Sequence record: MN871451.1
Direction: 5' to 3' (one strand)
DNA length: 64,000 nucleotides
A model generated the notes under the pieces. That model had not been told where the DNA came from. It ran no database searches and saw nothing but the letters and a program-made list of their open reading frames with translations. Both the position numbers and the translations under genes were made by a program. Shown in pieces: positions 27,830 through 37,457 of this stretch. Each line of letters begins with the position of its first letter. Within the stretch, counting starts at the first letter, position 1.

Positions 27830-28279
27830 ATGTCCATCGAAAAAATTAAAGAAATCTTGAAAAGGGATATTTCTGATAAAGTAAAAGTTTTCGAGATCAA
27901 TAGACTGTTGAATGAAGAAATAACCCTTAACCTATTCGGACCTAAACTCGACTACGCTGATCTCATCGTTGATAAAGACAAGATTTACAAGCTTAGAGAC
28001 CAACTTCCTGTCGACAGAAAAATAACCCGTCTAGAGATTCTATCAATTTGCTATCGTGGGGTAGACTGTCAATTGCCGGAGAATTGTTTGTTTGTTAATC
28101 CCGATAACGATCTCATTTCGAATAATGTCTGTCGCACTACGTATTGTGAAGAGCAGGCTATAGATTTCAAATTGATTTTCGGCTTTAATATCAAAGCTAT
28201 TCGCATCCTTTTACTCAATGAAGACGAGATCACTGATTATCCCGTCTTTAAAATTCGTTTTCACCTCGAGGATAAATAA
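27830..28279 (+). CDS. Hypothetical protein
   Basis: AAGGAG SD; first gene after the promoter. Confidence 0.75.
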   Translation: MSIEKIKEILKRDISDKVKVFEINRLLNEEITLNLFGPKLDYADLIVDKDKIYKLRDQLPVDRKITRLEILSICYRGVDCQLPENCLFVNPDNDLISNNVCRTTYCEEQAIDFKLIFGFNIKAIRILLLNEDEITDYPVFKIRFHLEDK

Positions 28280-28995
28280 TGGATTTCATCGAACGTTTTC
28301 TGAATCATAAACCAGAGTTCACTTTCTTCATCCAACGTCTTAAACGGGACGAATTTTATCTCCGTAAATTTTGGTCTGATGAAGATTGGGCTCCTCCGGG
28401 TACCTTTAAGCCCTACGGCTGGGTGGCAGGGATCGCTACCAGTGAATTCGTTTCTTACCTCGTTAATCACGGCGTAGACCCCCGTTTCTTCTGTCTGCTG
28501 AATAAATGGTTTCCGATGATCATGGTCCGGTCAGATGAAGCCGATACCGCGGTACTGATTGATAAACTCACCGACAAACTCTCGGCAGTACCTGAAGCGT
28601 TGATTGCGACGTATTGCGATCGGGTAGAAGAGTATTGTCAGGATGCCGTTAAACTGTATCGCGGCCCGACGGATTCCTCTAACGGCGAAATGAATATTCT
28701 CCCGTTTAAAGGGACAGTTGAGTCCTTCTTAAACAACCCATTAATCAACCCAGACAAACTAAAGGCAGTCGGAGAGAAAGCAGGGTGTCGGGTCTATTAC
28801 AATATCGCCATTAATCGGCTCTCTGCGGAAGTGAACGCTGACCATACATTCTTTATCGTCTTCGCTCCTGGCGAGAACGAATATTACATCAACATGCACC
28901 CCAGCTGGCCGCTTACTCTCCCAGACAATGAGGCGGTGAGCAAAACGTTGGTGGCAGTAAACAACGCGTATAACGAGGTTAAAAATGCACAGTGA
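28279..28995 (+). CDS. Hypothetical protein
   Basis: TAATG overlap; 238 aa. Confidence 0.75.
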   Translation: MDFIERFLNHKPEFTFFIQRLKRDEFYLRKFWSDEDWAPPGTFKPYGWVAGIATSEFVSYLVNHGVDPRFFCLLNKWFPMIMVRSDEADTAVLIDKLTDKLSAVPEALIATYCDRVEEYCQDAVKLYRGPTDSSNGEMNILPFKGTVESFLNNPLINPDKLKAVGEKAGCRVYYNIAINRLSAEVNADHTFFIVFAPGENEYYINMHPSWPLTLPDNEAVSKTLVAVNNAYNEVKNAQ

Positions 28996-29713
28996 GTTCT
29001 CAGTCTTCTGGGATAATTACGGACTGAAGGAAATGAACCCGATCTGGGGACGTTGTTTCTTCAATGACTACAATGGGATCATTCGCTGGGTAGAAGAACA
29101 CAACGCAGGGCGACCGTACCACTCCACACGCCATTTAATTGGCGTAGGTGTACTGACAGGTTATCTTCTTTCCAATCTTGAGCCATCAAATTACGGGCTC
29201 TCTGAGAAGGATTTTGAATCAGCCGTCATCGCAGGACTAGTTCACGATTTCTGTCACTTAGGAGAGAAAGATGACTGGAAGAATATTGAGTACACTTTAC
29301 AGCAACTTGAGCAATTAGGTTTCTGGCGTGAGTTTCCTACGGCTAACAAAGCGATGATCACTTTATTAGTCGGATTCACGCATTATAACTTCGACGACCC
29401 TTTTCCGCAGTATCCCGGCGGTACCGGTATGCGTTATTTATTCGGCATTATCCGGGACGCCGATCAACTCTACGCGATGTCTTATCTCGATGAAGACATC
29501 TTCAACGGACTTTACCAAGAGATCGGTATTCGCTTCGGTCAGTCACGAGAAGAGTTTACGAAAAGAAACATTGACTACATCAGCAATCTCAAGTTTTACA
29601 CTGCGTTAGGCGCGGCACACGCGAAAAAATACCGAGTTGTTGCGCAAGGTAGTTGTCATTATTTTGGCCTAACTGCACAGGGGAATAACAATGAAACTGT
29701 TTCTGGCGAGTGA
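28985..29713 (+). CDS. HD-domain metal-dependent phosphohydrolase / phosphodiesterase
   Basis: PYHSTRH ... AGLVHDFCHLG ... IRDADQL (H-x3-H / HD-x2-H-x-G / D metal ligands). Confidence 0.8.
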   Translation: MHSEFSVFWDNYGLKEMNPIWGRCFFNDYNGIIRWVEEHNAGRPYHSTRHLIGVGVLTGYLLSNLEPSNYGLSEKDFESAVIAGLVHDFCHLGEKDDWKNIEYTLQQLEQLGFWREFPTANKAMITLLVGFTHYNFDDPFPQYPGGTGMRYLFGIIRDADQLYAMSYLDEDIFNGLYQEIGIRFGQSREEFTKRNIDYISNLKFYTALGAAHAKKYRVVAQGSCHYFGLTAQGNNNETVSGE

Positions 29714-30218
29714 GAAGTTTTACGATCTCCCTGAATCTAAAGAAGCGACAGTGTTATTAATCGCCGCTGAAAATAAAGAAGCTGCGTTCCGCAATGCAAC
29801 GTTCAGTGTTTGTCCGGACGAACCCCGCTCTGTTCTGACACCCATGTTCGATATTTGGGAATTAGGGGATTTTATCCCCCTACCCGCTATTTGGGATGGA
29901 CTCCAGCGCTACCCGGAGAATTCAACGGGTGGTGTGACGATTCTTTCTGGGTATGAGCCAGTGGAATATACTGAAATCGAAGCGCAATACCGTAAATGGC
30001 TTTATGCGAAATATAAAGCAGAAGCGACCGACCACAAAATGTTTGCCTATTACGATAACCTTAAAAAGAGCAGAGATAACTTCTTCTCTTTCACCGAGAA
30101 GAAAGGCTGGTTATACCGTGAAGAAGAACATCTTGGGTTCAAAGTACCCGTTTGGGTAGATCCTATTTGGGATCAATTGATCGAAGTTTACGGCGCAGGT
30201 TATACGCTCCAAGGGTAA
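29691..30218 (+). CDS. Hypothetical protein
   Basis: Packed run; 175 aa. Confidence 0.7.
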   Translation: MKLFLASEKFYDLPESKEATVLLIAAENKEAAFRNATFSVCPDEPRSVLTPMFDIWELGDFIPLPAIWDGLQRYPENSTGGVTILSGYEPVEYTEIEAQYRKWLYAKYKAEATDHKMFAYYDNLKKSRDNFFSFTEKKGWLYREEEHLGFKVPVWVDPIWDQLIEVYGAGYTLQG

Positions 30219-30222
30219 TAAT

Positions 30223-30786
30223 TTGAACGATCCAATTAAGTTATCAAAAACACTGTGTTTCATTTTACGCCATCGGCCTCAGGCTTTGAAATTAACGCCT
30301 GATGAACTTGGCTATGTCAGACTCGACGACCTGATTGCAGCATTCTCTGAACAGAATAAGGTAGTTACGTTACAGGAAATCATGCACGTTGTAGAGACGG
30401 ACGATAAGAAACGATTTGGGTTATCCGATGATTTTTCTTCCATCCGTGCTGTACAAGGACATTCATTCCCAGTAAATGAAATGGCCTTCAATGAAGAGGT
30501 ACCGCCTGAGGTACTTTACCACGGCACTGCATCGGGGAATTTAGAGAGCATTTTTCAGGAAGGGTTAACGCCGGGGTCACGTCAGTTCGTTCATTTAACT
30601 GACCACATTGAGACAGCGCGTTTAGTGGGGTTACGGTACGCTAAGAAAGGGTCGCTCGTAGTCTTGAGTATTGACACCCAGAAACTTTTGGAACGCGGCT
30701 ACGTGTTCTACAAAGCGATTAACGGCGTGTGGTTAGTGAAACACGTCCCGGTAGGTTGTTTCAAAATAGAGGAAAAGAAAGAATGA
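30223..30786 (+). CDS. kptA: RNA 2'-phosphotransferase Tpt1/KptA
   Basis: LSKTLCFILRH, DDKKRF, IRAVQGHS, LYHGT, EGLTPGSRQFVHL, NGVWLVKHVP; the catalytic Arg-His-Arg-Arg tetrad appears present. Confidence 0.95.
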   Translation: MNDPIKLSKTLCFILRHRPQALKLTPDELGYVRLDDLIAAFSEQNKVVTLQEIMHVVETDDKKRFGLSDDFSSIRAVQGHSFPVNEMAFNEEVPPEVLYHGTASGNLESIFQEGLTPGSRQFVHLTDHIETARLVGLRYAKKGSLVVLSIDTQKLLERGYVFYKAINGVWLVKHVPVGCFKIEEKKE

Positions 30787-31328
30787 AATTTAAGTTTGAA
30801 CGGGGCGCTTACGCGGCTGACGTCTATGGTTTAGTGGAAGGAGAGAAGGTCGCTCTCGGTAAAAATGCCGCAGGGGAAACTGTTCTCATACCGGCCCTTG
30901 CAGAAATGATTCATGAAGCCATAGCAGGGAAAGAATTGGAGATCCTTGATCACGGCTCTATGTACCAACCGGGGTATCTCAAATGGGAGCAATATCAAAA
31001 TCCTTATCGTTTTCGAGGGGAGGCGATAGTAGCCGCAGACGGAATTGTCTGGCAGTGGCCGCTGCGTGGTCACGACAGGGAAACGTATAAAGATTATCTC
31101 GAACGGTTAGCGGATAAACCGCGCAAACTGGTCAGTCATTTCAGATGCCAAAAAGCAATTACCTTCGAAATTCCGCTTGGCGCCGTGGCTTATACCCTCA
31201 AGCGATTATTATCTACCGGGTTAGTTGTCAATTTACTCGATATGAAAGATATCGAAGGGATCGACGATCTCCCCTCGGGAATCCATGCTATTTCATTTTA
31301 CGACGTTTATTGGGTTTTTACAAAATGA
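30783..31328 (+). CDS. Hypothetical protein
   Basis: ATGA overlap with kptA. Confidence 0.7.
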   Translation: MKFKFERGAYAADVYGLVEGEKVALGKNAAGETVLIPALAEMIHEAIAGKELEILDHGSMYQPGYLKWEQYQNPYRFRGEAIVAADGIVWQWPLRGHDRETYKDYLERLADKPRKLVSHFRCQKAITFEIPLGAVAYTLKRLLSTGLVVNLLDMKDIEGIDDLPSGIHAISFYDVYWVFTK

Positions 31329-31687
31329 AACGAATCCAGTCCATTAAAGTGTTAGGAACCTTCAACGAATCCGCGATGTTGCATTATTCCGCTTTCATTG
31401 CGAATAACCTGATGAAGGGTAAGACCGTAAAGGTATACGGTGACCCGCGAACTCGCGCGAAATTCAAAGAGGTCATTGCTGACTACCTCGGACCGAAATT
31501 GATCGCTTCGATCAAGGTCACTCCGTTACCGAACACCTTAGCAATGGCGCAGCGGATAAATCGTGGTCAAGTAGACTGCGCGTGTTTATTCATCAGTTCG
31601 GAAGGTAAATTCTTCCCTACGTTAAAAGAGTCGCTTACGCCAGTCCGTTCGATGTCGGCGTTGTTTGTAGACGCGGTCATTTGTTAA
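31325..31687 (+). CDS. Hypothetical protein
   Basis: ATGA overlap; followed by a terminator. Confidence 0.7.
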   Translation: MKRIQSIKVLGTFNESAMLHYSAFIANNLMKGKTVKVYGDPRTRAKFKEVIADYLGPKLIASIKVTPLPNTLAMAQRINRGQVDCACLFISSEGKFFPTLKESLTPVRSMSALFVDAVIC

Positions 31688-31693
31688 TTTATC

Positions 31694-31726
31694 AGGCGGG
31701 GGTTATTCCTCCGTCTTTTTATTTTT
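31694..31726 (+). terminator. Intrinsic terminator
   Basis: AGGCGGGGG-ttatt-CCTCCGTCT followed by a T-run. Confidence 0.7.
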
Positions 31727-31739
31727 CAAGGAGTAGTGA

Positions 31740-32153
31740 ATGTCCTTTATCAAAGTCCCTTATTCACAAGTGAAAGATATTCACCGGGAACGCAGTTATC
31801 ACGTAGAGTACGTACGCCTCTCTCGGGATTCCGATTGTTCTTTATCGAAAACATTTTTGAATCAATTTGACATTGGCGACGATACGATTGATTTTGAATA
31901 CAATACTGAAACAGGTCATTTTCGTTTTCAGGTTGGCCCTTATTTCGATCGTCCGCTGTCAGGGAGTGGTACGTTTCTTCTCCCGACAACGGTATTACGT
32001 ACAATCTGGAATAAACAACTCTTGACAGACGGCCAACACGCAAAAGGTTTCGCCAGACGATCGGCGTACTTTAAACCCGTGTTAAAAGAAGACGGATGGT
32101 GGTACGGCGAATTCAAAAGTTTTATTCGCCCGATTGACACTTGGGTTAAATAA
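31740..32153 (+). CDS. Hypothetical protein, paralog family A (copy 1)
   Basis: AAGGAG SD; FEY....HFRFQVG and DGWWYGEF shared with 33343..33735. Confidence 0.75.
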   Translation: MSFIKVPYSQVKDIHRERSYHVEYVRLSRDSDCSLSKTFLNQFDIGDDTIDFEYNTETGHFRFQVGPYFDRPLSGSGTFLLPTTVLRTIWNKQLLTDGQHAKGFARRSAYFKPVLKEDGWWYGEFKSFIRPIDTWVK

Positions 32154-32172
32154 GTAACTAGGGGGAAAATAT

Positions 32173-32652
32173 ATGGCATCCAGTGACCCGCTCGCTAAAT
32201 TATTTCAGGCACTTGAAGAACCGAAACAAGAAGAAAAGGTTTTTTCGGAAGGGGAATTGATTTTAGTAATCTCAAAAGTAATCGATGAGGTTACTGAGTA
32301 TTTACGAAGCAACGCAGAAAGTACCACTTTCCAAGAAAAACTGAAGAAGGGTATCGGAGAGAAAGGGGAAGTTAAGGTTACTACGCCACTACTTTCTATC
32401 AACTTCCAACTGGCCATTCGAACTAATTCCGAAGGAGAAATCCGAGTAAGGTTGGAAAGCGACTACGTGATTAACGAGAAGTCCGAAAAAGTTCTTGGCC
32501 TTTACCGGAAAAGGAAGATAACGAATACGCATTACATTTCTGACGTGCTTCTTCTCACCTCAAAAGCAGGGGTTAAGTTAACGATTGAAATCGTCTATCG
32601 CAACTACAAGAAAAAGTCAATGCTTCCATTCCCTAATTTCTTCTTTTATTAA
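32173..32652 (+). CDS. Hypothetical protein
   Basis: GGGGG SD; packed run. Confidence 0.7.
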   Translation: MASSDPLAKLFQALEEPKQEEKVFSEGELILVISKVIDEVTEYLRSNAESTTFQEKLKKGIGEKGEVKVTTPLLSINFQLAIRTNSEGEIRVRLESDYVINEKSEKVLGLYRKRKITNTHYISDVLLLTSKAGVKLTIEIVYRNYKKKSMLPFPNFFFY

Positions 32653-32667
32653 AGAGGTAACCAAAAA

Positions 32668-33264
32668 ATGTTTAATCTGAAGATAGTTGATTTATCTGGC
32701 TTTGATAGCTGGCCAAATTTTGAAAAGCGGGATTTCAGAACGATGGTCCCGGGTAAGGATTACGACTGCATTATTACACCCGGCAATTCGTTTGGTATTA
32801 TGGACGGTGGTTTTGACAAAGTAGTAAGGGACAAGTTTCCTCGCTCCCAAGAAACTGTCCAAACGGCCATCAAACAATTCTGGGGTAAAGAAATGCCAGT
32901 GGGGCAGGCTATCACCGTTTCACTGAGTGAAGTAGTTCAATTGTGCTATGCACCGACGATGCGATTCCCTGGCCCGACAAAAAGTAAAGACACTGCATAT
33001 CACGCGGCGCTGGCTGCTTTTTGCCAGATAAAATATTTCAACCGTATTTCTCCAGGCCGGGCGATAAAAAACGTCGTTATGCCGTTATTCTGTACAGCGA
33101 CAGGTGGGATGCCTGTAGAGGTTTCTTACGAGCAAATTATGTATGCCTACCAGAGAGCTACATCTGGTGATAACTCTCCCGAGAAAAATTGGGGTGATTT
33201 ATTGGTTCATCGAGATAATTTGAAACGATTGTCTTCTTGGACAAATAAGCGTACAGGTAGATAA
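32668..33264 (+). CDS. Macrodomain protein (Appr-1''-p processing / ADP-ribosylhydrolase)
   Basis: IITPGNSFGIMDGGFD, LCYAPTMRFP, VVMPLFCTATGG. Confidence 0.9.
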   Translation: MFNLKIVDLSGFDSWPNFEKRDFRTMVPGKDYDCIITPGNSFGIMDGGFDKVVRDKFPRSQETVQTAIKQFWGKEMPVGQAITVSLSEVVQLCYAPTMRFPGPTKSKDTAYHAALAAFCQIKYFNRISPGRAIKNVVMPLFCTATGGMPVEVSYEQIMYAYQRATSGDNSPEKNWGDLLVHRDNLKRLSSWTNKRTGR

Positions 33265-33266
33265 AT

Positions 33267-33300
33267 AAAGAGAGAGGGTACTCCCCTCTCTCTTTTTATT
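33267..33300 (+). terminator. Intrinsic terminator
   Basis: AAAGAGAGAGGG-tactc-CCCTCTCTCTTT followed by T-rich sequence. Confidence 0.8.
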
Positions 33301-33342
33301 CCGTCTTGATTTTATTTGATTAAATTAATAAGAGAGAACAAA

Positions 33343-33735
33343 ATGGCCTTTGAAAAGTTTGTTCCGAAGACCAATAAACTTCCTAACCTAAAACCGGTCT
33401 ATCTCCGTATTGCACCAGGCGGGAGTTGTTACCTCTCCGCAGGGTTCAGGGACTTACAGCCTGAACCTTATTCGTCGCTCGAATTCGAATACGACCCTAT
33501 CACGTTAGAGTTTCGTTTTCGGGTAGGGAAAGATTACCTGTATAAAGTGCTCTCTGGTGCGTTTTCGCTTCCGGCCGAATTAACCCGGCTGATTACTTCC
33601 CGGAGCGGAACGAGGTATAACCGGATGTTCTATTACCGTATCATTGAGCAATCGGAAGGTTGGTTTACCGGGGAATTCGTAAGTGTGAATAAAGCCCCTA
33701 AACACTATAAAATCGCTAAAGAGGAAAAAGAATAG
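33343..33735 (+). CDS. Hypothetical protein, paralog family A (copy 2)
   Basis: Probable start MAFEKFVP; FEYDPITLEFRFRVG, EGWFTGEF. Confidence 0.75.
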   Translation: MAFEKFVPKTNKLPNLKPVYLRIAPGGSCYLSAGFRDLQPEPYSSLEFEYDPITLEFRFRVGKDYLYKVLSGAFSLPAELTRLITSRSGTRYNRMFYYRIIEQSEGWFTGEFVSVNKAPKHYKIAKEEKE

Positions 33736-35114
33736 TGAAACAGTATCTCGATCTACTACGTGAAATTATCGAAACCGGTCGTCAGCGAGGAGACAGGACG
33801 GGAACGGGGACGATTTCTATTTTTGATGCGAAACTGAAGTACGACCTTTCGACCGGGGAATTCCCTCTGCTCACCACGAAGTTCGTTCCGCGTAAATCTG
33901 CGTGGTTTGAGTACAAGGCAATGTTAAACGGGGAACTCCACCTCGATACCATGGTGGAGAATAATGTCAAGTTCTGGGACCCGTGGCGTTTAGAAGCTGA
34001 CGTGGTGAAAGAAGTTCCTCTGGAAAACTACGAGCGCCTGAAGTGGCTTGAAGAGAACAACAAAGAAGCTCACATCGAGTTTTACAGCAAAGGGATCTCC
34101 ATTCAGCCTGTTGAAGACGGCCATCGTTGGCTAGATGAAAAAGGTGTACCGCGTACTCGCCAGGTCACCGTGAACAAAGCGGGTGACCTTAATGCCCCTT
34201 ACGGGTCAGCATGGCGAAACTTCTCCGAGAATCCATTAGAGAAGAAGGGCGTTGACCAAATCGCGTATGCGCTCGATCTCCTACGGAACAATCCGGAATC
34301 GCGTCGTATCCTGATCTCGGCGTGGAACCCGCTTTGGATGCCGGAAGAAACGAAAGAAGTTACTCTCAGTAGTGACGAGATGTGGGAACATTTAAAAACT
34401 CACAGTCCGGACCTTTATGCTATTTTCTGGCCGCGCCTGGAATATCATGGCAAGACCGATAACTGCGAAGAGTTCTTAGCAAGTCATGGTGTACCACGCA
34501 CTAAGACCGTTAAGGTTACGCCGCAGGAAAATATTGTGGAGGGTAAACCATGCCTTACCCCGTGTCATTTCCTGGTAGAGTTCTACGTAGAAGAGATGAC
34601 ATTGAGCGAGCGGTTAAAATGGTGCAGGAACAATGCTAACCCGTACTTCCAGGATCTTTGGGAAGACCATATGTCGGACTGCTACAGCGAAGAACATTGT
34701 GACCAGCCGAAAATGTCCCCTGAGCGTAAAGCGGAATGGTTGACGGAGAACCACGTACCGACGCAGTGGCTGAGTTTGAAATACAGTATGCGGAGCTGTG
34801 ACACAATGACCGGTGAGCCCTTTAACCAGGCTTTCTACGCCTTCATGTTGCTGTCATTTGCTCATGAGCTCGGTATGGCGCCCAATAAGCTGGTTGGTAA
34901 TCTGACTAACGTCCATATCTACAATAATCAGTTAGAGGAAGCTAAGTTACAGTTAACTCGCGAGCCTTACAAACCGGTTGAGTGTTACGTTCGCTCTGAG
35001 CACTACTATAACTCAGAGATGCCGAAGAAAGGGTTGTTTGAACTCACCTATGAAGATTTCGTCTTCACTGAGTACAAGCATCACCCAGCCATTAAATTAC
35101 AGGTGTCGGTATGA
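33735..35114 (+). CDS. thyA: Thymidylate synthase ThyA with three insertions
   Basis: RGDRTGTGT, FPLLTTK, DQI, SRRILISAWNP, catalytic LTPCH, RSCD, GEPFN (dUMP-type Asn), HIYNNQ; 459 aa versus about 264 aa for E. coli ThyA. Confidence 0.95.
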   Translation: MKQYLDLLREIIETGRQRGDRTGTGTISIFDAKLKYDLSTGEFPLLTTKFVPRKSAWFEYKAMLNGELHLDTMVENNVKFWDPWRLEADVVKEVPLENYERLKWLEENNKEAHIEFYSKGISIQPVEDGHRWLDEKGVPRTRQVTVNKAGDLNAPYGSAWRNFSENPLEKKGVDQIAYALDLLRNNPESRRILISAWNPLWMPEETKEVTLSSDEMWEHLKTHSPDLYAIFWPRLEYHGKTDNCEEFLASHGVPRTKTVKVTPQENIVEGKPCLTPCHFLVEFYVEEMTLSERLKWCRNNANPYFQDLWEDHMSDCYSEEHCDQPKMSPERKAEWLTENHVPTQWLSLKYSMRSCDTMTGEPFNQAFYAFMLLSFAHELGMAPNKLVGNLTNVHIYNNQLEEAKLQLTREPYKPVECYVRSEHYYNSEMPKKGLFELTYEDFVFTEYKHHPAIKLQVSV

Positions 35115-35425
35115 CAACGTGCGTTTTAGAAACGTGTCTGGTAGTTGGTCACGCTCGTCACTCCGGTGTTACTTCGACGGAGTTTAATGATTCCGTAGAA
35201 TTGTTACAGGGACTACCTAAACATCGTTCGGAATCGCTTTCTCCGTCATTTGCTTTTACGAATGAAGAAACAGCGATTATTGAGAAGCTCTTCGTTATTT
35301 TCGAAAGGGAGATTTATTTCTACGCGTACGGCGGAGAAATAGGAATCTGGCGGAGTCTCTCATTTGATGAAACTGGCGGTGACGATTTATCGATTAAACT
35401 CGAACTCCGTATCAGGCAAAAATAA
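35111..35425 (+). CDS. Hypothetical protein
   Basis: ATGA overlap with thyA. Confidence 0.65.
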   Translation: MTTCVLETCLVVGHARHSGVTSTEFNDSVELLQGLPKHRSESLSPSFAFTNEETAIIEKLFVIFEREIYFYAYGGEIGIWRSLSFDETGGDDLSIKLELRIRQK

Positions 35426-35431
35426 GGTAAA

Positions 35432-35466
35432 AAGGTGAGGGGTCTTTCCTCTCACCTTGTGTTTAA
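35432..35466 (+). terminator. Terminator-like hairpin
   Basis: AAGGTGAGGGG-tcttt-CCTCTCACCTT followed by GTGTTT. Confidence 0.6.
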
Positions 35467-35479
35467 TAAGGGGATACTA

Positions 35480-35803
35480 ATGAAAATTTATTTAGCAGTT
35501 ATTTACACTCGAATGGACTTACTGGACAGAAAAGTCGCGGCGGTTACAGTAACACCAGAAGATCGGGAAGTTACAACTATTAACTATAGGCTATCTATCG
35601 GTGTCGCCAATCTGATGTCTCAACTTAAAGAGTGGATGAATGAGACCGACAACGACACTCTCTTCAGTCTTCTCAAACGTCTACAAGGAGTCACTGCCTC
35701 AGAAGAAGGGCTCCCTGTAAACGATAATTGCTGGCACAGTCTCTCTTTGATACATCCTTTCGAATACGGTCTTACTCTTTACTACAAGGTAGAGGAAAAA
35801 TAG
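35480..35803 (+). CDS. Hypothetical protein
   Basis: AAGGGG SD before ATG 35480. Confidence 0.7.
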   Translation: MKIYLAVIYTRMDLLDRKVAAVTVTPEDREVTTINYRLSIGVANLMSQLKEWMNETDNDTLFSLLKRLQGVTASEEGLPVNDNCWHSLSLIHPFEYGLTLYYKVEEK

Positions 35804-35804
35804 A

Positions 35805-36209
35805 ATGGGCGCTTACATTTACGGGCGGTTTGAAAAGAAAAATAAAAATGGGAAGTGGGAAAGAATCTCTGGCGGTGTAGATTGGTTTGATTTCCAATCT
35901 TATTTCATTTACGGTTGGTTTGCTGATGTCCGGAACCACGCCGGAGTCCCTCCGTTACCTTACAAGTGGGAAAAGGCAGGGGAGCCAATTAATTACGACT
36001 GCGACTATAATTACACGCTGGAAACAAAATATCTGTTCGAGTTTGATTACGATCAGTTAGTGGAGGATCGCCGAGACGGTCACGATACTCTACCTGAGGG
36101 ACAAGGGACAACAGCGACTTGGCGAGAACATCTTGGAGAAGAGTGGTTTGAGAAATTAAATATTCTTAAATCAAAAGGCGTTGAGCGTTTAGTGTTTAAT
36201 TTCAATTAG
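35805..36209 (+). CDS. Hypothetical protein (MG..I...E....W / F..VRN phage family)
   Basis: GAGGA SD; recurrent phage motif. Confidence 0.75.
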   Translation: MGAYIYGRFEKKNKNGKWERISGGVDWFDFQSYFIYGWFADVRNHAGVPPLPYKWEKAGEPINYDCDYNYTLETKYLFEFDYDQLVEDRRDGHDTLPEGQGTTATWREHLGEEWFEKLNILKSKGVERLVFNFN

Positions 36210-36219
36210 GGGATAGGTT

Positions 36220-36825
36220 ATGTCAAGAACAAAACTCGGTTTTCTTAAAGAGCCGTTAAATCAGGAAGAAAGGGACTTAATCACTAATGATTATTACCCG
36301 GTTTTTATTCGTTCAAATCAAACATTTTTATTCAAGTCATTAACAGATAAAATCGAAAATTTCAACCGAGAGCACTATGGTGACGAGATTATTTCCGAGG
36401 AGGTATTAACATTCGCTTTACAAAATGGGCCTTTAGCCAATTGGAAAAAGGAAGTCATCGAACGATGTGGCGATCACCCTGTTATTAATACATTTTCGAT
36501 TTCCGTCCAATTTAGCTATAGGGATGACTACCCAGGTCGCAGTATTGATGTTTTGTTTTCAGAGAGCCTCAAGTTACTCGCAAAGGGAGAATTACAAAAC
36601 TTCAACACGCCGGAAAGATTTTCTCCAGAGTATTATATTCGTCATTGGAATAATGACTACGCCGAATCAAAAGAATTTCTCTCCAGCCCAGCTGGTAAAA
36701 TCAACGCCTTAATCTCTAAATATGTCGATGATCAAATAAGACGTTCAGAGATCGGTAGCGATAAATTAGAGGATCATTCCGAATTCGTTACTGAAATAGC
36801 CAAACTACTACAGGAGTCAAATTAA
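36220..36825 (+). CDS. Hypothetical protein
   Basis: Packed run. Confidence 0.7.
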   Translation: MSRTKLGFLKEPLNQEERDLITNDYYPVFIRSNQTFLFKSLTDKIENFNREHYGDEIISEEVLTFALQNGPLANWKKEVIERCGDHPVINTFSISVQFSYRDDYPGRSIDVLFSESLKLLAKGELQNFNTPERFSPEYYIRHWNNDYAESKEFLSSPAGKINALISKYVDDQIRRSEIGSDKLEDHSEFVTEIAKLLQESN

Positions 36826-37439
36826 TGCATACGTCTTCAAGTCCCATTTTTATTATCACTAACAAGTTCGGTACCGCCGTGCACCTGACTTTAGTCCAAG
36901 CGGTACAGCTCGCACAGTTCATTGGTTTCAGACGCGGGCAGCCTCTGGAGCCAGGTGCCTATCGTTACGACTCTGAGACGGCGCAAACTTATCGCAACCG
37001 CACTGTCGCCGAGAATGGACTGTACGGTTATTATTCTCGTTTTATCATCGACTGGCATCGTAATCTGGACGGTCATGACGTCAAGATTATTTTCCGTTTT
37101 GGCGATGAAGAAGAACGACTGACAGTGAGCGAACTGGGTAAAATTTATACCGCTCTGATTCGTTTTATCGCTGCGCACGTTAAAGGGTTGAAATTCCCAG
37201 GCTGGCGAAATCTCTCTTTTCATTCTCATGTAAAGTTGAAATTCTCAGGGTTTGGCTTTTCCCAAGAACACCCAGGTAAACTCGTCGAATACAACAAAGG
37301 GAAAATAGTTAACAAGTCATTAGTTTCCCATAATGCCCACATGGACAACGTTAATCTTCCTCGTCCTGACTACGTTAAGAAACTTTGTTTTGGCGGGCGA
37401 GAATACCGTCTCGAAGATTGTAAGTTTATCATCAATTAA
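36825..37439 (+). CDS. Hypothetical protein
   Basis: TAATG overlap; AGGAG SD. Confidence 0.7.
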   Translation: MHTSSSPIFIITNKFGTAVHLTLVQAVQLAQFIGFRRGQPLEPGAYRYDSETAQTYRNRTVAENGLYGYYSRFIIDWHRNLDGHDVKIIFRFGDEEERLTVSELGKIYTALIRFIAAHVKGLKFPGWRNLSFHSHVKLKFSGFGFSQEHPGKLVEYNKGKIVNKSLVSHNAHMDNVNLPRPDYVKKLCFGGREYRLEDCKFIIN

Positions 37440-37457
37440 ATACGGAGAGTTTGGGCA

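Noticed and set aside
33735-35114. Possibility that the enlarged ThyA is a base-modifying hydroxymethylase or contains an intein/intron
   Set aside because: The dUMP-specific Asn (PFN) is retained. The inserts are short, in frame, and lack Cys/Ser start and His-Asn end intein motifs or homing endonuclease signatures.
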